Shown here: in pieces, positions 1 through 8,179 of the stretch
How the letters are laid out: each line of letters opens with the position of its first letter
Numbering within the stretch: position 1 is the first letter of the stretch
The notes under the pieces: model-generated
Told to the model about the DNA's origin: nothing
What the model saw: the letters and a program-made list of their open reading frames with translations, nothing else
Database searches by the model: none
Origin: an uncultured delta proteobacterium
GTDB lineage: Bacteria; Desulfobacterota; Binatia; Binatales; Binataceae
Reading direction: 5' to 3'
Length of the DNA: 64,000 nucleotides
Assembly (NCBI GenBank): GCA_963834535.1
Contig: CAWICC010000004.1
Location: forward strand, 667,966-731,965
Position numbers and translations under genes: made by a program

Positions 1-267
1 ACCGATCGTGAAATGGGGACTGGTGGCGGCGCTCTGGTTGGCGCCGGCACCGGTGCGATAATCGGCGCTGCCGTTGGTCATCCACTCGCCGGCGCGGCGA
101 TCGGCGGCGGCATCGGCGGAGTTGGCGGCTATGCGGTGGGCAACGAGATGCAGAACCAGCAGGTTCAGAACGATCAGACGCAGAGCCAGATTCAGCAGCA
201 GCAAAGCGAAATCGAAGCACAGCGCCGTCAAATTGAAGATCTGAAGAACCAGCAGAATACCGAGTAA
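1..267 (+). CDS. C-terminal part of a glycine-zipper small envelope protein with a Gln-rich coiled-coil tail; the 5' end is probably outside the window
   Basis: ORF 13..267, with the frame open back to nt 1. 'GALVGAGTGAIIGAAVGHPLAGAAIGGGIGGVGGYAVG' is a GxxxG glycine zipper. A strong terminator follows. Confidence 0.5.
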   Translation, partial: TDREMGTGGGALVGAGTGAIIGAAVGHPLAGAAIGGGIGGVGGYAVGNEMQNQQVQNDQTQSQIQQQQSEIEAQRRQIEDLKNQQNTE

Positions 268-292
268 GTTGCCCGGGTTCTCCATCGAGCGC

Positions 293-329
293 GGAGACAC
301 CCGCAAACGGGGTGTCTCCATTTTCATTT
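293..329 (+). terminator. Rho-independent terminator
   Basis: 10-bp perfect stem ggagacaccc/gggtgtctcc (293-302 / 310-319), 7-nt loop, then attttcattt. Confidence 0.75.
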
Positions 330-360
330 GCCAATCTACCACTGCAGAGAAGCTCAGAGC

Positions 361-1170
361 CTAGGCCGGGCGGCAGAGCTTGCAAGCCCTCATTCCCGCA
401 CCGCGTGCGTGCGCCGCGTCGGTGAAAATGATCCACTTCTTGCGTTCGGCCCGGCGTACCGCTGAACAGGCCGGCGAACAAAAGATTCGCGATTGCCAAT
501 GGCCGTAAACGGCCTGCGCCGGAATGCGATCGCCGCGATCGACCTCAAAGCCCTCCGCTCGCAACAGTTTCAATTTGCGATCAACGCCGCCGCCGTAGTT
601 GCCGATTCTACCGTCGGATTTGATCACTCGATGACAGGGGACGTAGATCGGCAACGGATTCGACGCCATCGTGGTGCCGACCGCGCGTTGACTGGAAGGC
701 GACCCGATCGCCGCGGCGAGTCCCTGGTAGGTGACCACGGATCCTGCGGGCACCTCGCGCAGACGGGTCAACGCGCGTCGCTGGAACGGGCTCACCACCA
801 GGCTCAAATCGATCGGCCGATGGACAATCGCGTCGTCATCGCCGGCAAGGTGCCGTTCGATTTCTTCACCGATGCGCACGGCGGTTGCGGGATCCTCGAT
901 CAGGTCGAACTTTTGTCTCAGGTCGGCGATCATCGCCGCGCCATCACGCGAGTCCAGATAGGCGAGTGCGACCAGTCCGCGTGAACTTTCAGCGGCGAGC
1001 AGGCGTCCCAGCGGTGAATCGAAAATGCCAATGCGAGCCTCGGGGCGCCGGATGGGAGCAATCGCGCGGGCGAGGCGCTGGCGTGCAAGACGCAGCATCT
1101 TATCGATCGCGGCATCGGTCGCTTCGTCGCTCGCGGGATCGAATTCGTCGAGTTGCAGGGCTTTCTTCAT
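361..1170 (-). CDS. Methylated-DNA-protein-cysteine methyltransferase (Ogt/MGMT) with a C-terminal Ada-type Zn(Cys)4 domain
   Basis: Start is ATG at 1170 (MKKALQLDEF), internal to track ORF 361..1461. Ogt N-domain 'IGIFDSPLGRLLAAESSRGLVALAYLD'. Active site 'IYVPCHRVI'. C-terminus 'RIFCSPACSAVRRAERKKWIIFTDAAHARGAGMRACKLCRP' matches the Ada N-terminal CX3C...CX2C Zn domain. The ATG overlaps the sigma stop (ATGA). Confidence 0.85.
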   Translation of the reverse strand: MKKALQLDEFDPASDEATDAAIDKMLRLARQRLARAIAPIRRPEARIGIFDSPLGRLLAAESSRGLVALAYLDSRDGAAMIADLRQKFDLIEDPATAVRIGEEIERHLAGDDDAIVHRPIDLSLVVSPFQRRALTRLREVPAGSVVTYQGLAAAIGSPSSQRAVGTTMASNPLPIYVPCHRVIKSDGRIGNYGGGVDRKLKLLRAEGFEVDRGDRIPAQAVYGHWQSRIFCSPACSAVRRAERKKWIIFTDAAHARGAGMRACKLCRPA

Positions 1171-1697
1171 GACGACAACTCCATCGAGAGTTTGAGCTTT
1201 TTGAGTGCCTGGTAAACACCGGCGCGGGCGCTTTCGGATGAGCAGCCGAGCGCCGTCGCAATTTCCCCATACTCGAGTCCGCCAAACTTGCGCATCACCA
1301 GGGCTTCGCGCTGATTGTGCGGCAGTTGCGCGATCGCGGCTTTCAGATGGATCACGCCTTCGTGCGCGCCGTTGGAACTCGCGGGCGCCCGCGCCAGGTC
1401 GAGTTCCTCGTCGCCTATCACGCGCGATCGCCGCATCCGATCGCGCACGCGGTTCAAGCATAAGTTGGTGGCGATCCGGTAAAGCCAGGGACGCAGCCCG
1501 GCGGCCGATTCCAGCTTCGGCCAGGCGCGATAGGCGCGTAGCCAGGTCTCCTGGAAGAGGTCCAGTGCGTCGTCATGGTCGCGCGTCGTGCGCAGCAGAA
1601 AGCGCATCAGTTCGCGCTCATGGCGCGCGACCGCCTCGTCAAAGGGCGGCGGCAGATCGAGCGTCGCCGGCGTCTTCGTCTTCTGCGATTGCGGCAT
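1167..1697 (-). CDS. ECF-type sigma-70 family RNA polymerase sigma factor
   Basis: Region 2 'LDLFQETWLRAYRAW' and 'RPWLYRIATNLCLNRVRDR'. Region 4 'LPHNQREALVMRKFGGLEYGEIATALGCSSESARAGVYQALKKLK'. ATG at 1697 is preceded by a GAGGT SD. Confidence 0.9.
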   Translation of the reverse strand: MPQSQKTKTPATLDLPPPFDEAVARHERELMRFLLRTTRDHDDALDLFQETWLRAYRAWPKLESAAGLRPWLYRIATNLCLNRVRDRMRRSRVIGDEELDLARAPASSNGAHEGVIHLKAAIAQLPHNQREALVMRKFGGLEYGEIATALGCSSESARAGVYQALKKLKLSMELSS

Positions 1698-1828
1698 CCG
1701 GGTTACCTCGACTGTTCGATCGTTGTCGATATCCGAAAAGCTTCGCCCATCTTTGACCCATCCCGCTGGTGCAGGCCGCGGGCCTGAGCCGACGGTGTCA
1801 GTCCGAATCAATAGGCTGTCCATACGCG

Positions 1829-2002
1829 TTAAGCGACCTCTTTGAAGGCCTCGCCGTCGTCGTTAACGATGACTGCGCGCGGACGGGACGCCGCCAGCGG
1901 GTAGGGCAGCGTGGGCGCCATCCGCCAGACGTACCAGTCGATCACCGCCAAGGCGACGGTCATTACGAAACCCAGGACGATCGTTGCGGTTGATGGGAAC
2001 AT
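1829..2002 (-). CDS. Small (57 aa) single-pass membrane protein, hypothetical
   Basis: ATG at 2002, 8 nt after a perfect AGGAGGA SD (plus-strand tcctcct 2011-2017). 'MFPSTATIVLGFVMTVALAVIDWYVW' is a hydrophobic helix. This is the C-terminal part of the long, otherwise implausible ORF 1829..2704. Confidence 0.5.
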   Translation of the reverse strand: MFPSTATIVLGFVMTVALAVIDWYVWRMAPTLPYPLAASRPRAVIVNDDGEAFKEVA

Positions 2003-2158
2003 CGTCTTTGTCCTCCTGACGCGGTATAACCCCGAAGCGGTCGGCGATGTGAAGTGAGCGGATTGGGCAGCCCGGCTTCCTTTCGGCATTGCGTTCGCCG
2101 CGAAATCCGACACGCTCATCATCGACCAACTGTGAGCGGAAACCGCTGGAGGACCCGG

Positions 2159-2857
2159 ATGGATCCCGTCGCCGCAATAGGATTGTGGGCAACGCTGTTT
2201 GTCGGCAGCCACCTCATCATCTCGTCGCCGCCAATTCGGGCGCGAATCGTCGCGAGGATTGGCGAGCAGCCCTTTCGCGGCCTCTACTCGATCGTGGCGT
2301 TCGGCACGCTGGTCCCGTTGGTGATGATCTTCATGCGGCATAAACATGCGGGCGCGATGCTGTGGTATCTGCGCGACTTTCGCAGTGCGCGCGTCCTCAC
2401 ATGGGTGCTGATGTTCACGGCGCTGATCCTGCTGGTAGCGAGCCTCATCAGGCCGAACCCCGGCGCGATTGGCGCGCCTGCGAGCGCGGGCGCTGGCGAA
2501 GCTCGTGGCGTTCAAAAAATCTCGCGCCACTGTGGATTCGTGGCATTCAGCCTGTTCGGATTCGCTCACATGCTGATGAACGGATGGGCCGGCGACGTGA
2601 TTTTCTTTGGGACGTTTCCGGCGCTCGGGATTCTCGGCGGATGGCATCAGGACCGCCGCAAGCTGCGCGACCTGGGCGAGAGCTATCGGCGCTTCGTGGC
2701 GCAAACGTCGTTCTTTCCCGGTGCGGCGCTCCTGAGTGGACGCCAGCGCTGGAGTTTCGCCGACATGCCGTGGGCGGCAATCGGCATCGGAATCGCGTTA
2801 GGCATCGTGATCGTACATTTCCATCCATATTGGTTCGGCGGATCGCCGATGGGCTAG
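2159..2857 (+). CDS. NnrU family integral membrane protein
   Basis: ATG at 2159 after a GGAGGA SD. Multi-TM protein. 'GVQKISRHCGFVAFSLFGFAHMLMNGW' resembles the NnrU signature. Confidence 0.65.
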   Translation: MDPVAAIGLWATLFVGSHLIISSPPIRARIVARIGEQPFRGLYSIVAFGTLVPLVMIFMRHKHAGAMLWYLRDFRSARVLTWVLMFTALILLVASLIRPNPGAIGAPASAGAGEARGVQKISRHCGFVAFSLFGFAHMLMNGWAGDVIFFGTFPALGILGGWHQDRRKLRDLGESYRRFVAQTSFFPGAALLSGRQRWSFADMPWAAIGIGIALGIVIVHFHPYWFGGSPMG

Positions 2858-2883
2858 CCAGGGTGGCGGGCTCTGAGCACGGT

Positions 2884-2973
2884 CATCTGTCATTCTGAGC
2901 GCCGCCATCTGTCATTCTGAGCGCGGCGAAGAATCCCGAGATTCCTCACTCCGCAGACTCCGTTCAGAATGAC
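2884..2973. repeat. REP-like intergenic element: two direct 19-nt copies plus an inverted partner
   Basis: catctgtcattctgagcgc occurs at 2884-2902 and 2906-2924 (period 22). gtcattctgagcg (2912-2924) pairs with cgttcagaatgac (2961-2973). The element lies between convergent nnrU and tatD. Confidence 0.6.
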
Positions 2974-3064
2974 GACCCGATTTTGTGCAGAGCCTCCGTG
3001 GTGAGTCCTGCCGGATGGATGATCCAAGCGAAATCCGACGCTCGACTTTAACGAGCTGGCGGGT

Positions 3065-3847
3065 TTAAGACGCGGGAATCTGGAACACGCGGGCGGCGTT
3101 GGCTGCGATTTGCGCCGCCATCGTGTCGCAATCGACGTTGCGCAAACGCGCGAGGACTTCGTAGGTCCGGGCGACGAAGGCGGGCTCGTTGCGCTTGCCG
3201 CGATAGGGCTCGGGCGCGAGAAACGGGGCGTCGGTTTCGGCGAGGAGGCGGTCGTCGGGGACGATCGGCACGGCCTCGCGCAAGGACGCTGCGCTCTTGA
3301 AGGTAACGATTCCAGAGAACGAGATGTGGAAGCCGAGCGCGAGGAACTCGCGGGCGGCGCCGGCGTTGCCGGTGAAGCAATGGATGATGCCGCCGCGCGG
3401 CGGCATCCCGACTTCGCGGACGATCGCGACGACGCGATCCTCGGCGTCGCGGCAATGAATCACGATGGGGCGGTCCACTGCGGCGGCGAGCTCGAGATGG
3501 CGGCGGAGCGCGGCTTCCTGCGCGGCGACGGGCGAGTGCATGTAGTGGAAGTCGAGACCGCTCTCGCCAATGGCGACAACTCGGGGCGATTGCGCGAGGT
3601 CGCGCAGTTGCGCGATGCGATCGTCGTCGGAATCCCTGGCGTCGTGCGGATGCACGCCAATCGCGGCGTAAACGTCGGCATTGCGTTCGGCGAGAGCGAC
3701 GGTCTCCCGATCGCATTCGATGGAACCAATCGCACCGACGGAAACCATCAGGCGCAGTCCCGCTTCACGGGCGCGCGCGAGGACGGCGTCAACTTCGCCG
3801 CGCAACTTTGGATCGGCGAGATGGCAGTGGGTGTCGGTTAGATTCAC
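3065..3847 (-). CDS. tatD: TatD family metal-dependent hydrolase/DNase
   Basis: GTG start. 'MNLTDTHCHLADPKL', 'GVHPHDA', 'AIGESGLDFHY', 'ETDAPFLAPEPYRGKRNEPA'. Confidence 0.9.
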   Translation of the reverse strand: MNLTDTHCHLADPKLRGEVDAVLARAREAGLRLMVSVGAIGSIECDRETVALAERNADVYAAIGVHPHDARDSDDDRIAQLRDLAQSPRVVAIGESGLDFHYMHSPVAAQEAALRRHLELAAAVDRPIVIHCRDAEDRVVAIVREVGMPPRGGIIHCFTGNAGAAREFLALGFHISFSGIVTFKSAASLREAVPIVPDDRLLAETDAPFLAPEPYRGKRNEPAFVARTYEVLARLRNVDCDTMAAQIAANAARVFQIPAS

Positions 3848-3890
3848 GGTCGCTTGGGATCAAGAAATTCCTGGCAATTCCGATCGCGGT

Positions 3891-5486
3891 TCAGACTGCC
3901 GCGAGCTTTTCGCGGCGGGGAAAGAGCGGCGTGGGTGGCTGGACTTTATGACCGGGCTTCAGACCTTCGCCGTACGGAGCGCGCTTCGTCTCTTCATCAA
4001 TGACGTTGAGCATATCGAAGATTTTGGCCGAGGTTACGGGCATAAACGGTTCGAGCGCATCGGCGACGACGCGAATGGTTTCCAGCAGGTTGGCGAGAAT
4101 CTGCGCGACCTGGGGCAGGTTCGCGGGGTCCTTGGCGAGGCTGAACGGCGCGGTCGCGACGATGTACTTGTTGGCGGCGTCAAGCGTTTGCCAGATATCC
4201 TCGAGGGCGCCTTTGAAGTCGAGATCGTCAACGGCGGCAGCAATTCGCTGCTCCAACGCCTTACCGTCGCGGCCAAAGCGCAGGTGGAGTTTGTGCTCGG
4301 AGGATTTGATCAGATCGATCGCATCGGCGGCCTCCGCGAGCTGCGGCGCGGTGGAGATTTTACCGTCGAAGTAGCGCACCGCCATCGAGAGCACGCGGCT
4401 GACGACGTTGCCGAGGTCGTTGGCGAGGTCGGCGTTGTAGCGATCCGTGAGGCGTTCCTCGGAGAAATCGCCGTCGAGTCCATAGACGACTTCGCGCATC
4501 ACGAAGTAGCGCAGGACGTCGGCGCCGAAGGCCTTTTCGTAACTGACCGGATCGCGCACGTTGCCGGAGCTTTTCGACATGCGCGAGCCGCCGAAGTTGA
4601 GCCAGCCGTGAACGTTGAGGCTTTTGAAGAGCGGCAGCCCGGCGGCGAGCAAAATCGCCGGCCAGTAAACCGCATGGGTCTTGAGAATGTCCTTGCCGAT
4701 GAAGTGCTCGGTATGCGGCCACCAATCGCGCATGAAGGGGTCGAGGCCGAGGCGGCTGGCGGGTTCGCTGACGTAGGCCCAGAACGCGTCGTACCAGACG
4801 TAGGTGACGTAGAGGTCGTCGAAGGGGATCTCGATACCCCAGTCCATGCGCGCCTTGGGCCGCGAGATGCAGAGGTCGCTGAGCGGTTCGGCGAGCATGT
4901 TGAGCGCTTCGTTCTTGTAACGCTCGGGGCGAATGAGGATTTCGTCGCGCTTGATTTTATCGATCACCTCGGCGCGGAACCGATCGATCTTGAGGAAGTA
5001 ATTACTCTCCTTGATCAGCTCGACGACGGTGTTGTGCGTGGGGCATAGGTTGCCCGGCTGCTGTAATTCCTTCTCGGTGTAGAAGCGTTCGCAGCCAACG
5101 CAGTAGAGGCCTTCGTACTCCTTGAATTCGATGTTGCCTTGGGCCTGAGTCCTCGCGAGCATCTGCTGGACGAACTTCTCATGCACAGCGTCGGTGGTGC
5201 GGACCCAGTAGTCCAGATCGACATTGAGGCCGTCGAAGGCGTCGCTGAAGAGCACGGACATCTTGTCGGTATAAGCCTTGGGCGCGAGGCCCTCGGCGAT
5301 GGCGGCGCGGCGAATCTTGTCGCCATGCTCGTCGGTGCCGCTCAGGAACGACACGTTTTGGCGGCCGTAGCGGCGGCGCTGGGATCGGGCGAAGACGTCG
5401 GCAGCGAGGGCTTCATAGGCGCTGCCGACGTGGGGAGTGCCGTTGCTGTAGAAAATCGCGGTGGTGATGTGGATGCGTTGGTCCAT
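3891..5486 (-). CDS. metG: Methionine-tRNA ligase
   Basis: Class I aaRS motifs 'NGTPHVGSAY' (HIGH-like) and 'RMSKSSGN' (KMSKS-like). ATG at 5486 (MDQRIHITT) is preferred over the TTG at 5540. Confidence 0.92.
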   Translation of the reverse strand: MDQRIHITTAIFYSNGTPHVGSAYEALAADVFARSQRRRYGRQNVSFLSGTDEHGDKIRRAAIAEGLAPKAYTDKMSVLFSDAFDGLNVDLDYWVRTTDAVHEKFVQQMLARTQAQGNIEFKEYEGLYCVGCERFYTEKELQQPGNLCPTHNTVVELIKESNYFLKIDRFRAEVIDKIKRDEILIRPERYKNEALNMLAEPLSDLCISRPKARMDWGIEIPFDDLYVTYVWYDAFWAYVSEPASRLGLDPFMRDWWPHTEHFIGKDILKTHAVYWPAILLAAGLPLFKSLNVHGWLNFGGSRMSKSSGNVRDPVSYEKAFGADVLRYFVMREVVYGLDGDFSEERLTDRYNADLANDLGNVVSRVLSMAVRYFDGKISTAPQLAEAADAIDLIKSSEHKLHLRFGRDGKALEQRIAAAVDDLDFKGALEDIWQTLDAANKYIVATAPFSLAKDPANLPQVAQILANLLETIRVVADALEPFMPVTSAKIFDMLNVIDEETKRAPYGEGLKPGHKVQPPTPLFPRREKLAAV

Positions 5487-5597
5487 GGTCAAGGTTCCAG
5501 GGTTCTTTGCGGTTTCCTGATCAAAATTCCGCGCAGACAATCGTAGCAGAGAATGGCGATGACGCGCGCATCGGAAGCCGCGGCGCCGAAGCGCACT

Positions 5598-6452
5598 TCA
5601 AGGTTTGGGCGGGCGCGTATCGACCATGTCTTCAAGCGTCGCTTCGACCACGCCGCCGTCCTCCTCGCGCTGAATGAGTACGGTCTGCTTGAGGGTGTTG
5701 TGGCGCACGACTTTGCCGTTGCCCTTGACCGATTCGACGCGGCGGCCGAGGTTGGGCAGGGCGCGCTTGAGTTCGACGTAGGTGGCGTATTCGTAGCGCA
5801 GGCAGCATTTGAGGCGTCCGCACATCCCGGCGAGGCGCGAGGGGTTCAGCGCGAGGCCCTGTTCGCGCGCCATCTTGACGGTGACGGCTTCAAAATCGCG
5901 CAGCCACGAGGAGCAGCACAGCTCGCGCCCGCAGGGTCCCAGGCCGCCGGTAACTTTCGATTCGTCGCGCGCGCCAATCTGCTTCATCTCTACGCGCACG
6001 CGCAGGGTGTTGGCGAGGTCGCGCACGAGGTCGCGGAAATCAATGCGGTTCTCGGCGGTGAAATAGAAAATCGCCTTGCGGCCGTCGTAGGTGTAATCGA
6101 CGGTGACCAGCTTCATCGCGAGGCCGCGTTCGCGGATGCGGGTGACACAGAGGCGCTGGGCGTTGTGTTCGCGGGTGAGGGCCTCTTCTTCGGCGCGCAG
6201 ATCGTTGTCGCGGGCAAGGCGAACGACCGGGCGCATCGCAGCGAGGTCGAGCGTACGGGCAGGCTCGTGCGGTTCGATGACGACGGTGCCGAGGCGCGCG
6301 CCCGCTTCACTTTCGACGAGGACGCGATCGCCGCGCTTTAGGGGGAGGCCGGCGGAGAGATAGTTCTGGAGATGGCCGGCGGTCTGAAGACTGACGGCGA
6401 CGATCAAAGGCTGGTCTGCGCTGGTTTCGAACGGATCGATATCGCCGGCCAC
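5598..6452 (-). CDS. ricT: PSP1 domain protein (RicT/YaaT family)
   Basis: 'KAIFYFTAENRIDFRDLVRDLA', 'GGLGPCGRELCCSSWL', 'AGMCGRLKCCLRYE'. The GTG start shares 1 nt with the holB stop. Confidence 0.85.
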   Translation of the reverse strand: MAGDIDPFETSADQPLIVAVSLQTAGHLQNYLSAGLPLKRGDRVLVESEAGARLGTVVIEPHEPARTLDLAAMRPVVRLARDNDLRAEEEALTREHNAQRLCVTRIRERGLAMKLVTVDYTYDGRKAIFYFTAENRIDFRDLVRDLANTLRVRVEMKQIGARDESKVTGGLGPCGRELCCSSWLRDFEAVTVKMAREQGLALNPSRLAGMCGRLKCCLRYEYATYVELKRALPNLGRRVESVKGNGKVVRHNTLKQTVLIQREEDGGVVEATLEDMVDTRPPKP

Positions 6453-7528
6453 TATTCACCCCGCAGCGCTTGTCCCGCGCCGATCCAGAATTGCTCGGCC
6501 TGGAGCTTTGAATTCGCCATCTCGTCCACCGCGGCCGCGGCCGCCAGTGCGATAACGGCGACCCTCGCGAGTGCGCCGGCGTCGCTGCGCGCGGCAATTT
6601 CAGCCATCGCCTGGGCGGCTTCGGGCGCCGGCGCCGTCAGCTTGGTGCCGAGGAGTTTGAAGCATAGCATTTCCTCAAGCAGCCGCGCGATTAGCTCGAA
6701 ATTGCCGACGGCCTGGTCGCGCGCGCCGAATAACTCCTGAGCGATGGCCTGAGCGCCGGCGAAATCGAGGGTGCGGGCGCGGCCGAGGGCGTCGATCAAT
6801 TCCTTGACGGGAGGCTCGTCGCCCTGGGTCAGGGCGATCGCGCGGGCGAGGCTGCCGCGCGCGAGCGGGGCTATCGCCAGCGCACGATCGGGTTCGAGCC
6901 CGGCGCGGATCTGGAGCACGTGCGCGATTTCGGCGACGCTCAGCGGGCCGAAGCGAACCGGGCGCATGCGCGAGCGGACGGTATCGAGCAAGGCGCGTTC
7001 GCTGCTGGCGACGAGGATGATCATGGTGTAGCCGGGCGGCTCCTCGAGGGTTTTAAGGAGGGCATTCTGGGCCGGCAGATTGAGGGTTTCGGCGTCATCG
7101 ACGAGGGCGATACGGCGCGGACCGCGCGACGGGCGGACGCCGAGGCGGTCGATCAGATCGCGCACCTGATCGATCAGGAGGTCGGTGCGGCCGGGCTGGC
7201 GGGCGACGTAAACGTAGTCGGGATGAACGCCGAGGGCGACCTGGACGCAGGCCGCACAGCAGTCGCATCGCGGGGCGGCGGCGCTGGCGGCGCGGCTACG
7301 AGCGGGCGTCGCGGCGGCGGCGCGCACGGGACAGTCGGCGGGATTGCAGCAGAATTGGGCGCCCGGCGATCGCTCGCAAAGAATATTGTGCGCGACGCCG
7401 CGCGCGACGATCGACTTGCCGACGCCCGCGGGGCCGGCGAACAGGTAGGCGTGCGCGGGGCGCCGCGCGAGTTCGCCTTCAAGGCTCGCGATGACCTCGC
7501 GATTACCGGCGACGCCGGCGAGCGACAT
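6452..7528 (-). CDS. holB: DNA polymerase III delta-prime subunit
   Basis: 'AHAYLFAGPAGVGKS', 'HPDYVYV', 'ALVDDAETLNLPAQNALLKTLEEPP'. Contains an Ala-rich insertion in the Cys cluster. Confidence 0.85.
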   Translation of the reverse strand: MSLAGVAGNREVIASLEGELARRPAHAYLFAGPAGVGKSIVARGVAHNILCERSPGAQFCCNPADCPVRAAAATPARSRAASAAAPRCDCCAACVQVALGVHPDYVYVARQPGRTDLLIDQVRDLIDRLGVRPSRGPRRIALVDDAETLNLPAQNALLKTLEEPPGYTMIILVASSERALLDTVRSRMRPVRFGPLSVAEIAHVLQIRAGLEPDRALAIAPLARGSLARAIALTQGDEPPVKELIDALGRARTLDFAGAQAIAQELFGARDQAVGNFELIARLLEEMLCFKLLGTKLTAPAPEAAQAMAEIAARSDAGALARVAVIALAAAAAVDEMANSKLQAEQFWIGAGQALRGE

Positions 7529-8166
7529 CAGCGAGCCACCACGGCACGGATCGCGTCGATGATGCCAGCGGTGATGGCGGCGACGGGGGCGGTCGCGTCG
7601 ATGACCGTGACGCGGTGCGGCTGTTCGCGGGCGATGATGAGGAAGCCTTCGCGCACGCGGCGATGGAACTCGACCTGCTCGCCTTCGAAGCGGTCGGGAC
7701 CGCGAACGTCGCCGCGGACGCGCGCTCGCGTCCGTTCGAGACCGGTTTCGACGGCGAGGTCGAGCACGATCGTCAGGTCGGGATGGGTACCATCGCTGGC
7801 GAGGCGGTTGAGCTCGTCGAGCAGCTTCAAGTCGAGGCCGCGGCCATAGCCCTGGTAGGCAGTCGTCGAATCGGAGTAGCGGTCGGAGAGGACGATCTCA
7901 CCGGCGGCGAGGGCGGGCTTGAGCTTCTCGCGGACGTGCTGGGCGCGATCGGCGAGCACCAGCAGCAACTCGGCGGCGGCGTGAAGCGAGACGGCAGGGT
8001 CGAGGAAAATCGCGCGAATGGCCTCGCCGGCGCGAGTACCGCCGGGCTCGCGGGTGACGGTCACGCGATGACCGGCGGCACGGAGCGCCTCGCCGACGAG
8101 AGCGGTCTGCGTGGTCTTGCCGGAGCCTTCGACGCCCTCGAGCGTAATGAACAAGCCTTTAGCCAT
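7528..8166 (-). CDS. tmk: dTMP (thymidylate) kinase
   Basis: 'MAKGLFITLEGVEGSGKTTQ', 'DRYSDSTTAYQGYGRGL'. Confidence 0.93.
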   Translation of the reverse strand: MAKGLFITLEGVEGSGKTTQTALVGEALRAAGHRVTVTREPGGTRAGEAIRAIFLDPAVSLHAAAELLLVLADRAQHVREKLKPALAAGEIVLSDRYSDSTTAYQGYGRGLDLKLLDELNRLASDGTHPDLTIVLDLAVETGLERTRARVRGDVRGPDRFEGEQVEFHRRVREGFLIIAREQPHRVTVIDATAPVAAITAGIIDAIRAVVAR

Positions 8167-8179
8167 CTCGTGATGATCG

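Noticed and set aside
3681-5048. 455-aa plus-strand ORF
   Set aside because: It is antisense to the clearly recognisable metG and tatD genes. This is a typical high-GC shadow ORF with no family resemblance.
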